Positions 38,098 through 46,896 of a stretch of DNA of 53,659 nt are shown piece after piece. How positions within the stretch are numbered: position 1 is the first letter of the stretch; the number at the start of each line of letters is the position of its first letter. A program made the translations under genes and the position numbers. The DNA comes from Oligoflexales bacterium (GTDB lineage: Bacteria > Bdellovibrionota_B > Oligoflexia > Oligoflexales > CAIYRB01): NCBI GenBank assembly GCA_041736175.1, contig JBGSUI010000254.1, positions 1-53,659 on the forward strand, read 5' to 3'. The notes under the pieces are model-generated. The model made no database searches and was not told the DNA's origin. It saw only the letters and a program-made list of their open reading frames with translations.

Positions 38098-39582
38098 ATG
38101 CTTAAGGCAGTCGAAGAAGTGACTTTCCGAAAACTCGACAATGCCGCTATCGTAGATTTTCTGACCTCAAGTGCCTCGGCCTTTTTTGAAAACAATAAGA
38201 TAGCCCAAAAAGATATCGATAACTTAAGGCTAATCTTAAGCGGTATCGGCAGTAGTTCATCTCGAGACGAGCCCATTCTGATCGCCTTAGACCAACAACA
38301 CACCGAATTTCTAAAAATTCTTGAAATCCGGTTTGGCGTTCCGAGACTCGTACAAAACATCCTTTCTTATTGCTTAAGACCCCGGCTGATCGAGCTCCAG
38401 GCAGTTCTCGCCCAATACGGATCCCAGCTCCTTAAAAAAAGTGAACTCTACTTTAACAGAACCTTTAAGATCTACGAGGCTGGCCAGTATCTTGATGACC
38501 AGCTCGCTCCTGGGTTTATCGTTAGCTACTGTCAGGCTGTAAAGGCAACCACCCAAAAAATCACGGACTTGATCGAAGGCTTCTCCTGCTTTCATGGAAG
38601 TTGTACCGGTTTTTCAACGGATGAGGATCTCCCCCTCGATCGCTCCTTGGCCCTGGGTCTAGGATTTAATCGGGTCCAAAATGAATGTTTTGAGTCCCAT
38701 CTCCCGACATTAGGAGAAAACCTTCACGATATCGAAAGGCTCCTTGTATCCTTTTTTGAACAGGTCGGGCTGTTTCAAACCCAATTGATTCACAATAACC
38801 TCTGCCAAAATCACACCTTTGCCCGAGTCTTACGCCATGAACTCATGGTAGAACTCGACAAACTAAAAGCCATAAGCTGCTATTCAGAAAAGGCTTCCTT
38901 TGAAGGCGACAACCTGGTCGTCCAAGAGGTCTTTCGCAGACAGATTCTGATGTCTTTTGACACGATTTGTTTCGGACTCAAACAGTGGCTTGATTTTATA
39001 TTAAACGCCATGCGGGGGGTTCCTGGAGAATCCATCGTATCCCATGAGATTTCCGATGCTACCTGCCGAAAAATGGTCTGCGCCCTGGTCGAGTCCGGGG
39101 TCTCTCCCTCCCATGCTCAGGAAGCACTCCACTCCCTTTTGAGATACCAAAATAGGCACCAAGTAGCTGCTGACGAAATCCTTGCCGGTGAGTTAGGGAG
39201 AATCCATCCCGCTTTAAAGCCCGCAGGATCTAAGTTAGCAAAAATCCTCCTGAATCGTTTTCAGGGAAACTCTGACCACTCTGATCTGATGACCGCTAAA
39301 TCAGAAGCCATTTCCCGAAGCAAGGATCTGATGCTTTATTTTCAAAAGACCCTTTCTCAAACCACCCTGCTTGTCAGCCTAGGTCTATGGCCGGTCTTTT
39401 TGAGCACTCTTACGGGCTGTGGACTCAAAGGCAACCCTGTCAGCGAAGTGCCTGCTCTGCGACCTGATATCCCCTTTAAGACCGGTTCGAAACCTTTGTT
39501 TCGCAGTCCCTTTAAAACAGCGCCTGTACCAAATTCTGGTAAAATTTTAAAATCTCCACCCACCGACACCCAAAAGCCCTAG
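38098..39582 (+). CDS. Degenerate argininosuccinate lyase-like protein fused to LptM-like lipoprotein
   Basis: LPLDRSLALGLGF and ALVESGVSPSHAQEAL..L..IHP resemble ArgH; catalytic signatures absent; C-terminal LTGCGLKGNP. Confidence 0.6.
   Translation: MLKAVEEVTFRKLDNAAIVDFLTSSASAFFENNKIAQKDIDNLRLILSGIGSSSSRDEPILIALDQQHTEFLKILEIRFGVPRLVQNILSYCLRPRLIELQAVLAQYGSQLLKKSELYFNRTFKIYEAGQYLDDQLAPGFIVSYCQAVKATTQKITDLIEGFSCFHGSCTGFSTDEDLPLDRSLALGLGFNRVQNECFESHLPTLGENLHDIERLLVSFFEQVGLFQTQLIHNNLCQNHTFARVLRHELMVELDKLKAISCYSEKASFEGDNLVVQEVFRRQILMSFDTICFGLKQWLDFILNAMRGVPGESIVSHEISDATCRKMVCALVESGVSPSHAQEALHSLLRYQNRHQVAADEILAGELGRIHPALKPAGSKLAKILLNRFQGNSDHSDLMTAKSEAISRSKDLMLYFQKTLSQTTLLVSLGLWPVFLSTLTGCGLKGNPVSEVPALRPDIPFKTGSKPLFRSPFKTAPVPNSGKILKSPPTDTQKP
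39331..39582 (+). CDS. Possible independently initiated small lipoprotein (LptM/LppL-like), in frame within previous ORF
   Basis: AAGGA 4 nt before ATG 39331; hydrophobic stretch then LTG/C-GLKGNP and Pro-rich tail. Confidence 0.5.
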   Translation: MLYFQKTLSQTTLLVSLGLWPVFLSTLTGCGLKGNPVSEVPALRPDIPFKTGSKPLFRSPFKTAPVPNSGKILKSPPTDTQKP

Positions 39583-39594
39583 AGGTACCCCCCC

Positions 39595-40518
39595 ATGTCT
39601 GGAAAAGGCAAAAACCCCATCGATGGCGTCTGGACCGCTCTGGCAACACCTTTTAAAGCTGACGGCTCCATCGATTGGAGTGCCTTTGAAAAGCTGCTCC
39701 AGTATCAGGTGGAAGGGGGCGTCGACGGCATTGTGCTCTCAGGAACGACCGGTGAATCCGCAACCCTTTCCGTACCAGAAAAGCTCTCCATGGTCCGGAA
39801 GGCGAGGGCCAAACTCCCCCCATCCGTCAGGATCATGGCGGGCTGTGGTGATAGCAATACCCAGCAGTGTGTGGAGCTATCCAAACTATCAGAGGATGCC
39901 GGAGCCGATTCGCTCCTTATCGTCACTCCACCCTACAACAAGCCTTCCACCGCAGGGTTGATCTTGCACTATAGATCCGTGTCACAAGCGGTCCAGATAC
40001 CGATCTGCCTCTACCATGTCCCCAGTCGGACCGCTCATTTTCTAACGGTAGATGCCCTTAAAAAAATCTGCGCCGAATCCAACATCGCCGCCATCAAAGA
40101 GGCGAGCAGTGATTTAGGATTTTTCTCCCGCGTCGTCAATCAGGTTCCCTGCCAGGTCCTTTCCGGAGATGACCCCACCTACTTACCAAGCCTTGCGGTG
40201 GGTGGCCACGGGGTGATCAGCGTTGTGACCAACCTCTTCCCCGCCGCATTCGTAGCTATTAAAAAGGCCATCAACTCTGGAGATCTTAAGAAAGCCCAAC
40301 AAATCCACCAGACGATCCTTCCAGCCATCGATATTTTGTTTTGCGAAGTGAATCCTTGCCCTCTTAAAGCAGGGCTTAAGATCTTTAACCTAGCCGAGCC
40401 CCATCTTAGGGCACCGCTTGCTCCCATTTCGGCGGAAAACTACCAAAAAGTAGCCGAAGTCCTAAACTCCGTTAAAAAGGACTTAGGGCATGGGATCAAC
40501 TCGAGAGAATCGGCATAA
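39595..40518 (+). CDS. dapA: 4-hydroxy-tetrahydrodipicolinate synthase
   Basis: ALATPF, GTTGES, TPPYNKPS, LYHVPSRT, IKEAS, SGDD, NPCPLK. Confidence 0.92.
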   Translation: MSGKGKNPIDGVWTALATPFKADGSIDWSAFEKLLQYQVEGGVDGIVLSGTTGESATLSVPEKLSMVRKARAKLPPSVRIMAGCGDSNTQQCVELSKLSEDAGADSLLIVTPPYNKPSTAGLILHYRSVSQAVQIPICLYHVPSRTAHFLTVDALKKICAESNIAAIKEASSDLGFFSRVVNQVPCQVLSGDDPTYLPSLAVGGHGVISVVTNLFPAAFVAIKKAINSGDLKKAQQIHQTILPAIDILFCEVNPCPLKAGLKIFNLAEPHLRAPLAPISAENYQKVAEVLNSVKKDLGHGINSRESA

Positions 40519-40566
40519 GTTTTGCAGCTTTTTCCTTTGTAAACTAATCCTCAAAGGAGATTCTCT

Positions 40567-41589
40567 ATGGTAAATGACAGCCTGCAAGCAAATGTATCCG
40601 CAAAGGTGCTCCAGCATTCGGTAAAAGGCCTAGAAACGGTAGAGCCAGGTCCTGGTCTGATCAAGTCTCTTCTGTTAATGGCAGCCTTTCTTGTGACTAG
40701 TTTTTTTGCATTGTCTACGGACTCAACACCAGCGTTTATTAGCCTAGGTTTGGTAGCAGGGCTGCTAGCAGCAGCTCTGTTTGTCCTCACCCACGACGCC
40801 ATCCACCATACCCTCACGGGGTGGAAGCTTTTTGATGACTTTATGCCTCGGATCATCTCTGCTCCTCTGCTTTGGGTCCATGGTCTTTATAGTGAAATCC
40901 ACAAAATTCACCATAAAATGAACGGCGATGATCTCGATGACCCAGAAAGGGTGCAATGGACCGAAGAAGAGTACCTCAATGCTTCTAAAGTCGTACAGTT
41001 TTACGTCCGCAATCAGTGGTTTTTCGATATCTTTGCCTTTGCCGGGTTGGGCATGATCTACAAAACCACGAAACACGCACTTAAAAAATACCCTAAATCC
41101 AAGGGAATCCGCCGGCAGTTTTGGCTTGATTTAAGTACTATTCTACTCACTAACACCGTGATCTACTCCATTGCGATCCAATATGGGTTGGGATTAAAGT
41201 ATCTAGTGTTTTGGATTATCCTCGAACGAACCACTGGTGCCGTCGTCCAGTGGCGGGCCCATATTGAGCACTATGGTTTATGGGGCAAAAGCCATCATTT
41301 TTTTGAGACCCAGGTTTTTAATTGCCGCAATATTGAAACCAACCCATTTATGAGCTGGTATCTAAACCGTCTTAACTATCATTCCGTTCACCATGCATTC
41401 CCCAAAGTGCCTTTTTACAACCTCAAAATCGCTCACCAACGCTTTATGGAGCTTTACAAAAACTCCGCACCGATGGTGCTTGAACATGGCTATTTAGGAA
41501 CAACCCTACGGCTTGCCACCCATCCCACAGTGATTGGCAGCCAGATAGCGTCGACCCAAAAAGGTCAAAAAGAGATGATTGCGATTTAG
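40567..41589 (+). CDS. Membrane fatty acid desaturase family protein
   Basis: His boxes HDAIH, HKIHH, HSVHH; TM segments. Confidence 0.9.
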   Translation: MVNDSLQANVSAKVLQHSVKGLETVEPGPGLIKSLLLMAAFLVTSFFALSTDSTPAFISLGLVAGLLAAALFVLTHDAIHHTLTGWKLFDDFMPRIISAPLLWVHGLYSEIHKIHHKMNGDDLDDPERVQWTEEEYLNASKVVQFYVRNQWFFDIFAFAGLGMIYKTTKHALKKYPKSKGIRRQFWLDLSTILLTNTVIYSIAIQYGLGLKYLVFWIILERTTGAVVQWRAHIEHYGLWGKSHHFFETQVFNCRNIETNPFMSWYLNRLNYHSVHHAFPKVPFYNLKIAHQRFMELYKNSAPMVLEHGYLGTTLRLATHPTVIGSQIASTQKGQKEMIAI

Positions 41590-41632
41590 TGCGGAAGGAT
41601 GACCCTGGCTTCAGATCCCATAAAAGCTGACT

Positions 41633-42502
41633 TTAGCCTTCGCCGACCACGGCCCAATAGAGACTGACCAAATCAGCATTAGGGGCGCCTGCTGGCACGA
41701 TCTCTTCCTCAGGATCACCAAGACCCACCATCACCTTGCCCTCGGCGTCCACCACAACTATCGTCGCTCTACGAGCAATGGTTTGGGTCGTGGCTGCCGG
41801 CAGATCAGCCCCTCTCGTCGCCATCTCCAAGTCGTTTTGGACCTGTCCAGGATTGGCAAAAAGATACCGAGTGACTTTAGTACACGCAAAGATAGCCGCT
41901 ATGATAAAACCTAGGAGCACTAACACACTAACCCCTATCACTCCCAACTGAAGACTATCTGGTAGCCAAGAATCCGCGAGACTTAATCCAGGAGTTTTAG
42001 TCATTGGCAACTTATTTTTAGACTCCTTCACCTCTGACAATACTCTCTTGAGATGGAGGGTCAGCGCGTATTTTATAAGCTGCGGGTTCCTTAAGGTGTT
42101 TGTGGTGAGACGACACTCTTTGCTTTGGCAGCTGACTGACATCTCCTGGTCACGCCCACCTGGTCGACTCAGTGACAGATGAAAATTGTTTAGTTGTTTT
42201 AAACTGGAGCCAAGAGTTATTTTTAGGGTGGCATTCTTGAGTCCCTCTGGAGCTGATGGACCAAACACGAGGCTTTCACTTATGACCCCAGTATCTTGGG
42301 TAGTCATCACCTTATAGGGAGGAGGCATGGCCAGGGTTTTTGTTTCATTTTGCTCAGCTTTCGTTGAAACATAGACCGACGGTTTAGATTCTTGGGGTAG
42401 ACCTCTATGGCACCCTGGAAGGAGAGTGCCGATGCTCAGCGAGCCAATCAATAATCCAATCATGCTGTGTATTTTAAAACTCGTTTTCTTGTGATAACCC
42501 AT
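41633..42502 (-). CDS. Hypothetical lipoprotein with C-proximal TM helix
   Basis: LLPGC lipobox-like; GVIGVSVLVLLGFIIAAIFAC. Confidence 0.65.
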   Translation of the reverse strand: MGYHKKTSFKIHSMIGLLIGSLSIGTLLPGCHRGLPQESKPSVYVSTKAEQNETKTLAMPPPYKVMTTQDTGVISESLVFGPSAPEGLKNATLKITLGSSLKQLNNFHLSLSRPGGRDQEMSVSCQSKECRLTTNTLRNPQLIKYALTLHLKRVLSEVKESKNKLPMTKTPGLSLADSWLPDSLQLGVIGVSVLVLLGFIIAAIFACTKVTRYLFANPGQVQNDLEMATRGADLPAATTQTIARRATIVVVDAEGKVMVGLGDPEEEIVPAGAPNADLVSLYWAVVGEG

Positions 42503-42534
42503 TTTTTTGACCTCATCCTAAACTAAAGTAAATC

Positions 42535-43446
42535 TTACGGTTGCTTCATAACAGTGATCGTTTGTCTTATGGCGTCGCACTGGTCGGGGGCTAACGCCAC
42601 TCCCTGCGCCTCAATCTGCCGCATTCGAGAATCATCAGGCCCCCGCGGTCTAGAGGAGCCATGTCTAGGACGATCTGGGAGAGAGACCCATACAAGTGAG
42701 GCCATAAGGTTTTCTTTAGTACACAACCGACGGCACCCATCCTGTCCAAGACAGGTATGGGCTGGTTGGTCTTGGACTAATATATGGCCTAGCTCATGGT
42801 AAAGCGTCCGTCGGCGGTTGGTGCAGTCGCCGCGTTTCTGGGGAGCGCTATTGATTAACAATCGATTTTTCAACTGGTCGATGATCTGTTTATTTTGAGC
42901 GGTCCTAGAAACCTGCTGAAACTGGACCTCAGGTAGGGCGAAACCACAGTTTCCCTCGAGAGTTTCGGCCATATAGATCCCCACCTCTCGGGCGGAACGA
43001 GGACCCCCTTCAGACCCGATTTGCTGGAGCATTTGGTAGAGTTGGTGTTGATAAAACTCAAAGGGAAAATCCAGTCCTATCTCTTTAGGGGCCAAACCAA
43101 GGACCCCTAGACTGGGGAACCGACTTGCCCCCGGTTTAATGGTCAGTTCTTTTGGTGGGGGGATGGTAAACACACCATCGATTTGGCATTGGGTATTAAG
43201 CAAATCGATAAAACCACTGAGGTAGCCATGGTGGTCTGCAACGACTTGCCGGTAGGAAGGTTCCGTTATACCACTAAGACTATAGACTTGGAGGGCGATA
43301 GGCCCAGTAGGGGGTGTGGCCGCAGCGCCCGTGACTACGTCGGCTCCATTAGGTGTAGCGGTCGATAGCTCACTAGTGATTTTTTGTTTGTTTTCACAAG
43401 AGGCTAAGCCCACAACAAGACTAAACAAATACACCGATATCCCCAT
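42535..43446 (-). CDS. Lipoprotein with HExxH zinc metallopeptidase motif
   Basis: LASC lipobox; TLYHELGHIL, downstream H and ENLM. Confidence 0.72.
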   Translation of the reverse strand: MGISVYLFSLVVGLASCENKQKITSELSTATPNGADVVTGAAATPPTGPIALQVYSLSGITEPSYRQVVADHHGYLSGFIDLLNTQCQIDGVFTIPPPKELTIKPGASRFPSLGVLGLAPKEIGLDFPFEFYQHQLYQMLQQIGSEGGPRSAREVGIYMAETLEGNCGFALPEVQFQQVSRTAQNKQIIDQLKNRLLINSAPQKRGDCTNRRRTLYHELGHILVQDQPAHTCLGQDGCRRLCTKENLMASLVWVSLPDRPRHGSSRPRGPDDSRMRQIEAQGVALAPDQCDAIRQTITVMKQP

Positions 43447-43500
43447 AAATACCCCATTAAGGCTAAGGCGGAGCGATCACTCCTTTAAACCAATCCTGTC

Positions 43501-43516
43501 TGCAGGTTTTATGCCG
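43501..43516 (-). promoter_or_regulatory. sigma54 -24/-12 promoter candidate
   Basis: Minus strand CGGCATAAAACCTGCA, GG-N10-GC, 54 nt upstream of ORF 43446. Confidence 0.5.
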
Positions 43517-43548
43517 TCTTTAATGGGGGGCTCAGAGGCTTGAGGACA

Positions 43549-46035
43549 TTACTGAGACTCACTTGATTCCTTGGCAAAAATCTTTTGACCCAGACGCACG
43601 TGACTGACGGTATCACTATAGACCATCACCAGGTCGGCATCGATCCAGTCGCCGTCTTTGGTTTCGACCACTAAACTGTAACGACCAGGGTTCACATTAA
43701 AAAACATGGTTTTAGTGAGAGGCTGGTCCGAAATATACCAGGAAGTCCCAGCCTCCTCGCCACGTTCGTTGATGAGTTTGATATTGACGGATCCTTCGAG
43801 ATTTTTGAAATGGGAAAACTCCGTATAAACGGTCCCTAACAGTGGATCAGGTGAGATTTGGGCAAAAAGCGCCATATCTTCGACAAAACCTCTGGGGAGG
43901 AGGGGAGTGACACTTTGCTTGGAGTCCTCGTCGTTGACCTGGTAGAGAGCGTTTTCAAACTCAGGACTCTCCACATAGTAGGTGCCCACTCCGTCGACAC
44001 TGTCTAAACCATCTTCGTTCTCTAGTTGACCCTCCCGTGGCTGGGCCATGGGTTTTGAATACCCCACAGGAAACGCCTCGACAAAATCGACCGTACGGAG
44101 GCGATGGGATGTGGCTGGATCCCGGGAGAGCTGTTCATGGGCGGTCCCCATCGATACGAGATTGGTCTTAAAGCTAAGACCTTGGTTGAGGACCACCAGG
44201 GATTCCTGGTGAAACGAGCCATAGGCACCCATGGGGAAAGTCCATTTTGATGAGCTTTGACCCGAGGCTCCCTTAGCCTCGATATCCAATGCCCATGGGC
44301 CAGGTCGGATATTAAAGAGACAAAACCGCCCGCTCGGTCCTGCCTCCCTTAGGGATGTATCCAAATAACCAGACTCGTTGTAGTAGAACGGCCCTTCAAA
44401 GGATTCCCTCGGGGCTCCGCCTTGGACTTCGACCCTAAAGGATTTAAATTTAGTTTCTGGAGGCAAGGCGCTTTGGATTTTGCCGCAAAAGGATGCCGTC
44501 CCCGCGATTTGAGTCACACCAGTAAGCCGCTGCGCAATATCAAAGGCAAAAGATCGAAGAGTTCGGATCCTGTGGACCCCATCTTCGGCTTTAACCTCTG
44601 CTATCCCATCGACCACGCTCCCTGCTGGATCTCGAACCCTGATCAGCATCCGAGACCCGCGAGGGACTCCCTTAATCACAAGATGACCTGTGCCGTCGGT
44701 CTGCGCCCTAAACTCAGTGCCCACCACCTCGACCAAGGCTCCGGGGATGGGATAGACGGGCCCCCGTGTCGAAACACTCCCGTCATTTTGGATAGGAAGC
44801 GTCCGATCATCGACGACTTGGATGGTTACATCGGTCGCTTCAAAGGCCTGAACCCTCGTTTCATAGTCCTTAGCCTCTGCTTCGGTCTCTTTGATAAACT
44901 GCTCAGTCTCAGCAATACTCTGATGGAGAGATCTCTGGGCGGGTCTTTGGATGGGGGGGGGTGCAGGAGGCTCCTCACCTTGGAGGTCTTGAGACTGGGG
45001 CAAAGCCTCGGAGAGGCTCACGCTGCTGTCCACAAGTCCCGGATCCATAGCTGCCATGATTGGACCACCAGGACCCATGTCAGCTACACCCCCCACGCCA
45101 CTCAGCTGGAGGATTTCGGCGGGAACGCTCAGAGGCTTCAAGACCCTCTGAGCGGGACCAAGCTGGGTCACCAGAGCTTGGGACCGGACCTCAATCGGGA
45201 CGATCGCCATCTGATTGTGGCTGACAACATAAAGCTCGGTTGTGCCTACCGCTAGACCTTTTAGCCTCGGACTCCCTTTAGGATCTTTAAGTTCAATCAA
45301 CTCCGAAACCGCAGGGTTTCGCACAAAAAACCGCACATCCGCAATCACCAGTTCTTTAGACTCGATGTCTATTTTGACGACTTCGCCGATCTCCGAAAAA
45401 ACCAGCATCTGGGGCGAGATCTCAAAGGACCCGTCCTCACCCTTGGGCCGTATGGTCAGGATGCGCTCTTCAGGTTTTTGAACAGCGATAGAAATGGGTG
45501 TAGAAAGAGAAGGAGAAACAGGAGTAGGAGAAACAGGAGTAGAAACGGGAGGGGAAACTCGGGATACCACGGCCCCCCCTGGATCACCGACGGTCACAAC
45601 CGACGCTACGGGTTCGCCCTCTCCTGCAGGGATCTCGACTCTTACGGTCCTAACGGCACTCTTTAGCTCCCTTGGCAGTCGAGTGGCTATCCTTGGACGT
45701 CCTAAGTCTCGAATAGGAACCTCTCCAGAGGCGACTCCATCACCAACGCTGGCAGTCCCGCCTGTGCCGATAAGATCTTCGAGAGGTTTTAAATCGCTTT
45801 TGATTTGGTGTGGAATCTTATGTTTAGTGGCGGGACGTCCAACCCATTTTCCGACTGTTACAGGCTCGGCCCCCGTGAGCTGTCCCACATCTTGGCGGGC
45901 CACCAAGACCTGTCCGGCTGCGACGCCTTCAAGGGGCAACCAGCCAAGTGTCAGCGTCAACACACCCCAAAAAACCACAGGAGATCGTCGGGTCAACGAT
46001 TTCATCCAAGGCTTTTTAGGGTGTCGAAACTTCAT
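43549..46035 (-). CDS. Large exported beta-rich hypothetical protein (Ig/carboxypeptidase-regulatory-like modules)
   Basis: Start moved to ATG 46035 giving a signal peptide; PIPGALVEVVGT..QTDGTG, GRFCLFNIRPG, FFNVNPGRY. Confidence 0.7.
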   Translation of the reverse strand: MKFRHPKKPWMKSLTRRSPVVFWGVLTLTLGWLPLEGVAAGQVLVARQDVGQLTGAEPVTVGKWVGRPATKHKIPHQIKSDLKPLEDLIGTGGTASVGDGVASGEVPIRDLGRPRIATRLPRELKSAVRTVRVEIPAGEGEPVASVVTVGDPGGAVVSRVSPPVSTPVSPTPVSPSLSTPISIAVQKPEERILTIRPKGEDGSFEISPQMLVFSEIGEVVKIDIESKELVIADVRFFVRNPAVSELIELKDPKGSPRLKGLAVGTTELYVVSHNQMAIVPIEVRSQALVTQLGPAQRVLKPLSVPAEILQLSGVGGVADMGPGGPIMAAMDPGLVDSSVSLSEALPQSQDLQGEEPPAPPPIQRPAQRSLHQSIAETEQFIKETEAEAKDYETRVQAFEATDVTIQVVDDRTLPIQNDGSVSTRGPVYPIPGALVEVVGTEFRAQTDGTGHLVIKGVPRGSRMLIRVRDPAGSVVDGIAEVKAEDGVHRIRTLRSFAFDIAQRLTGVTQIAGTASFCGKIQSALPPETKFKSFRVEVQGGAPRESFEGPFYYNESGYLDTSLREAGPSGRFCLFNIRPGPWALDIEAKGASGQSSSKWTFPMGAYGSFHQESLVVLNQGLSFKTNLVSMGTAHEQLSRDPATSHRLRTVDFVEAFPVGYSKPMAQPREGQLENEDGLDSVDGVGTYYVESPEFENALYQVNDEDSKQSVTPLLPRGFVEDMALFAQISPDPLLGTVYTEFSHFKNLEGSVNIKLINERGEEAGTSWYISDQPLTKTMFFNVNPGRYSLVVETKDGDWIDADLVMVYSDTVSHVRLGQKIFAKESSESQ
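45511..45540 (+). repeat. 15-bp perfect tandem repeat x2 in Pro/Ser/Thr linker
   Basis: AGGAGAAACAGGAGT twice; protein VSTPVSPTPVSPS. Confidence 0.8.
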
Positions 46036-46447
46036 ATAGCGTGGGGTAGCCTTATAAAAGTCGTCAGGAGGTTTTACTTCTATCTTGTTTAGGAAGCACC
46101 AAGGGTGCTGGTCCTCTATGTGTAGGGTTCGGCATAAACAGGTCGAAAGATAAGCGGTTAGGGAAAAGAGGTCATCTTTAAAAAGACGAGGAGAGCTTGA
46201 TAACTGGGGGTGATTTGGCAACAAAAAGAACAGGTAAGGTGACGACCAAGAAAAATGCGACAATCCGTGGAAACAGACAGGAGTGTTCATGGGTATCCTA
46301 CAGATCTTAAGAGAATGGGGTTGCCACTTCTAAGACATAGGAACCGCACCTCTATTTTACCGCGGTTCCTGTTGATTCTCTAGTCATACATTAGGGCCAA
46401 CCAGGGGAGCCATCAGAAATCGATGGACCTCGACAAAGTTTGGGATT

Positions 46448-46888
46448 TTAAGACCCCATTTTTTCTTTTAGCAACTTGCTGACCATTTTTCCATCGGCCG
46501 AACTTCCCAGCGCTTCCATCACTTCTTTCATCAAAGCCCCAAAATTTTTACCTTGGGCCTGTGTCAAGACTCGGTTGATGACAACCAAGGTTTCAGCTTC
46601 GTTCGCCTTCTTAGGCATATAAGTTTCAACGATGGCCATTTCTGCCTGAATCTGCTGCCTTTGTTCGCCTTCCGGGTACTCCTCGAGGGATTTACTCAGG
46701 CGTTTATGGTAGGTTGCCACCACTTTTCCCGCATCTTCGTCCGATAAGTCTTGGTGGACATTGACTTGGGCCGCAGCATATTTCATTTCGCTCAGCAGCA
46801 TTCTCAGGACGCTGAGTTTTTCTTTCTCCCGGGCCTTCATGGCAGTTTTTAAATCTTCGTTGATTCGATCTTTAAGGGACATAGACAC
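46448..46888 (-). CDS. GatB/YqeY domain protein
   Basis: LKDRINEDLKTAMKAREKEKLSVLRML; ADGKMVS. Confidence 0.9.
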   Translation of the reverse strand: MSMSLKDRINEDLKTAMKAREKEKLSVLRMLLSEMKYAAAQVNVHQDLSDEDAGKVVATYHKRLSKSLEEYPEGEQRQQIQAEMAIVETYMPKKANEAETLVVINRVLTQAQGKNFGALMKEVMEALGSSADGKMVSKLLKEKMGS

Positions 46889-46896
46889 CTCTCCTG

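Noticed and set aside
44422..46039. Long antisense ORFs (44422-45255, 45494-46039) and similar ones such as 34310-34930
   Set aside because: Shadow frames of real genes; no RBS or recognisable motifs
46036..46290. 85-aa N-terminal extension of the 913-aa ORF
   Set aside because: Non-protein-like composition; signal peptide begins after ATG 46035
46339..46370. Hairpin AGGAACCGC-N14-GCGGTTCCT after yqeY as terminator or REP
   Set aside because: No U-tract and no second copy noticed
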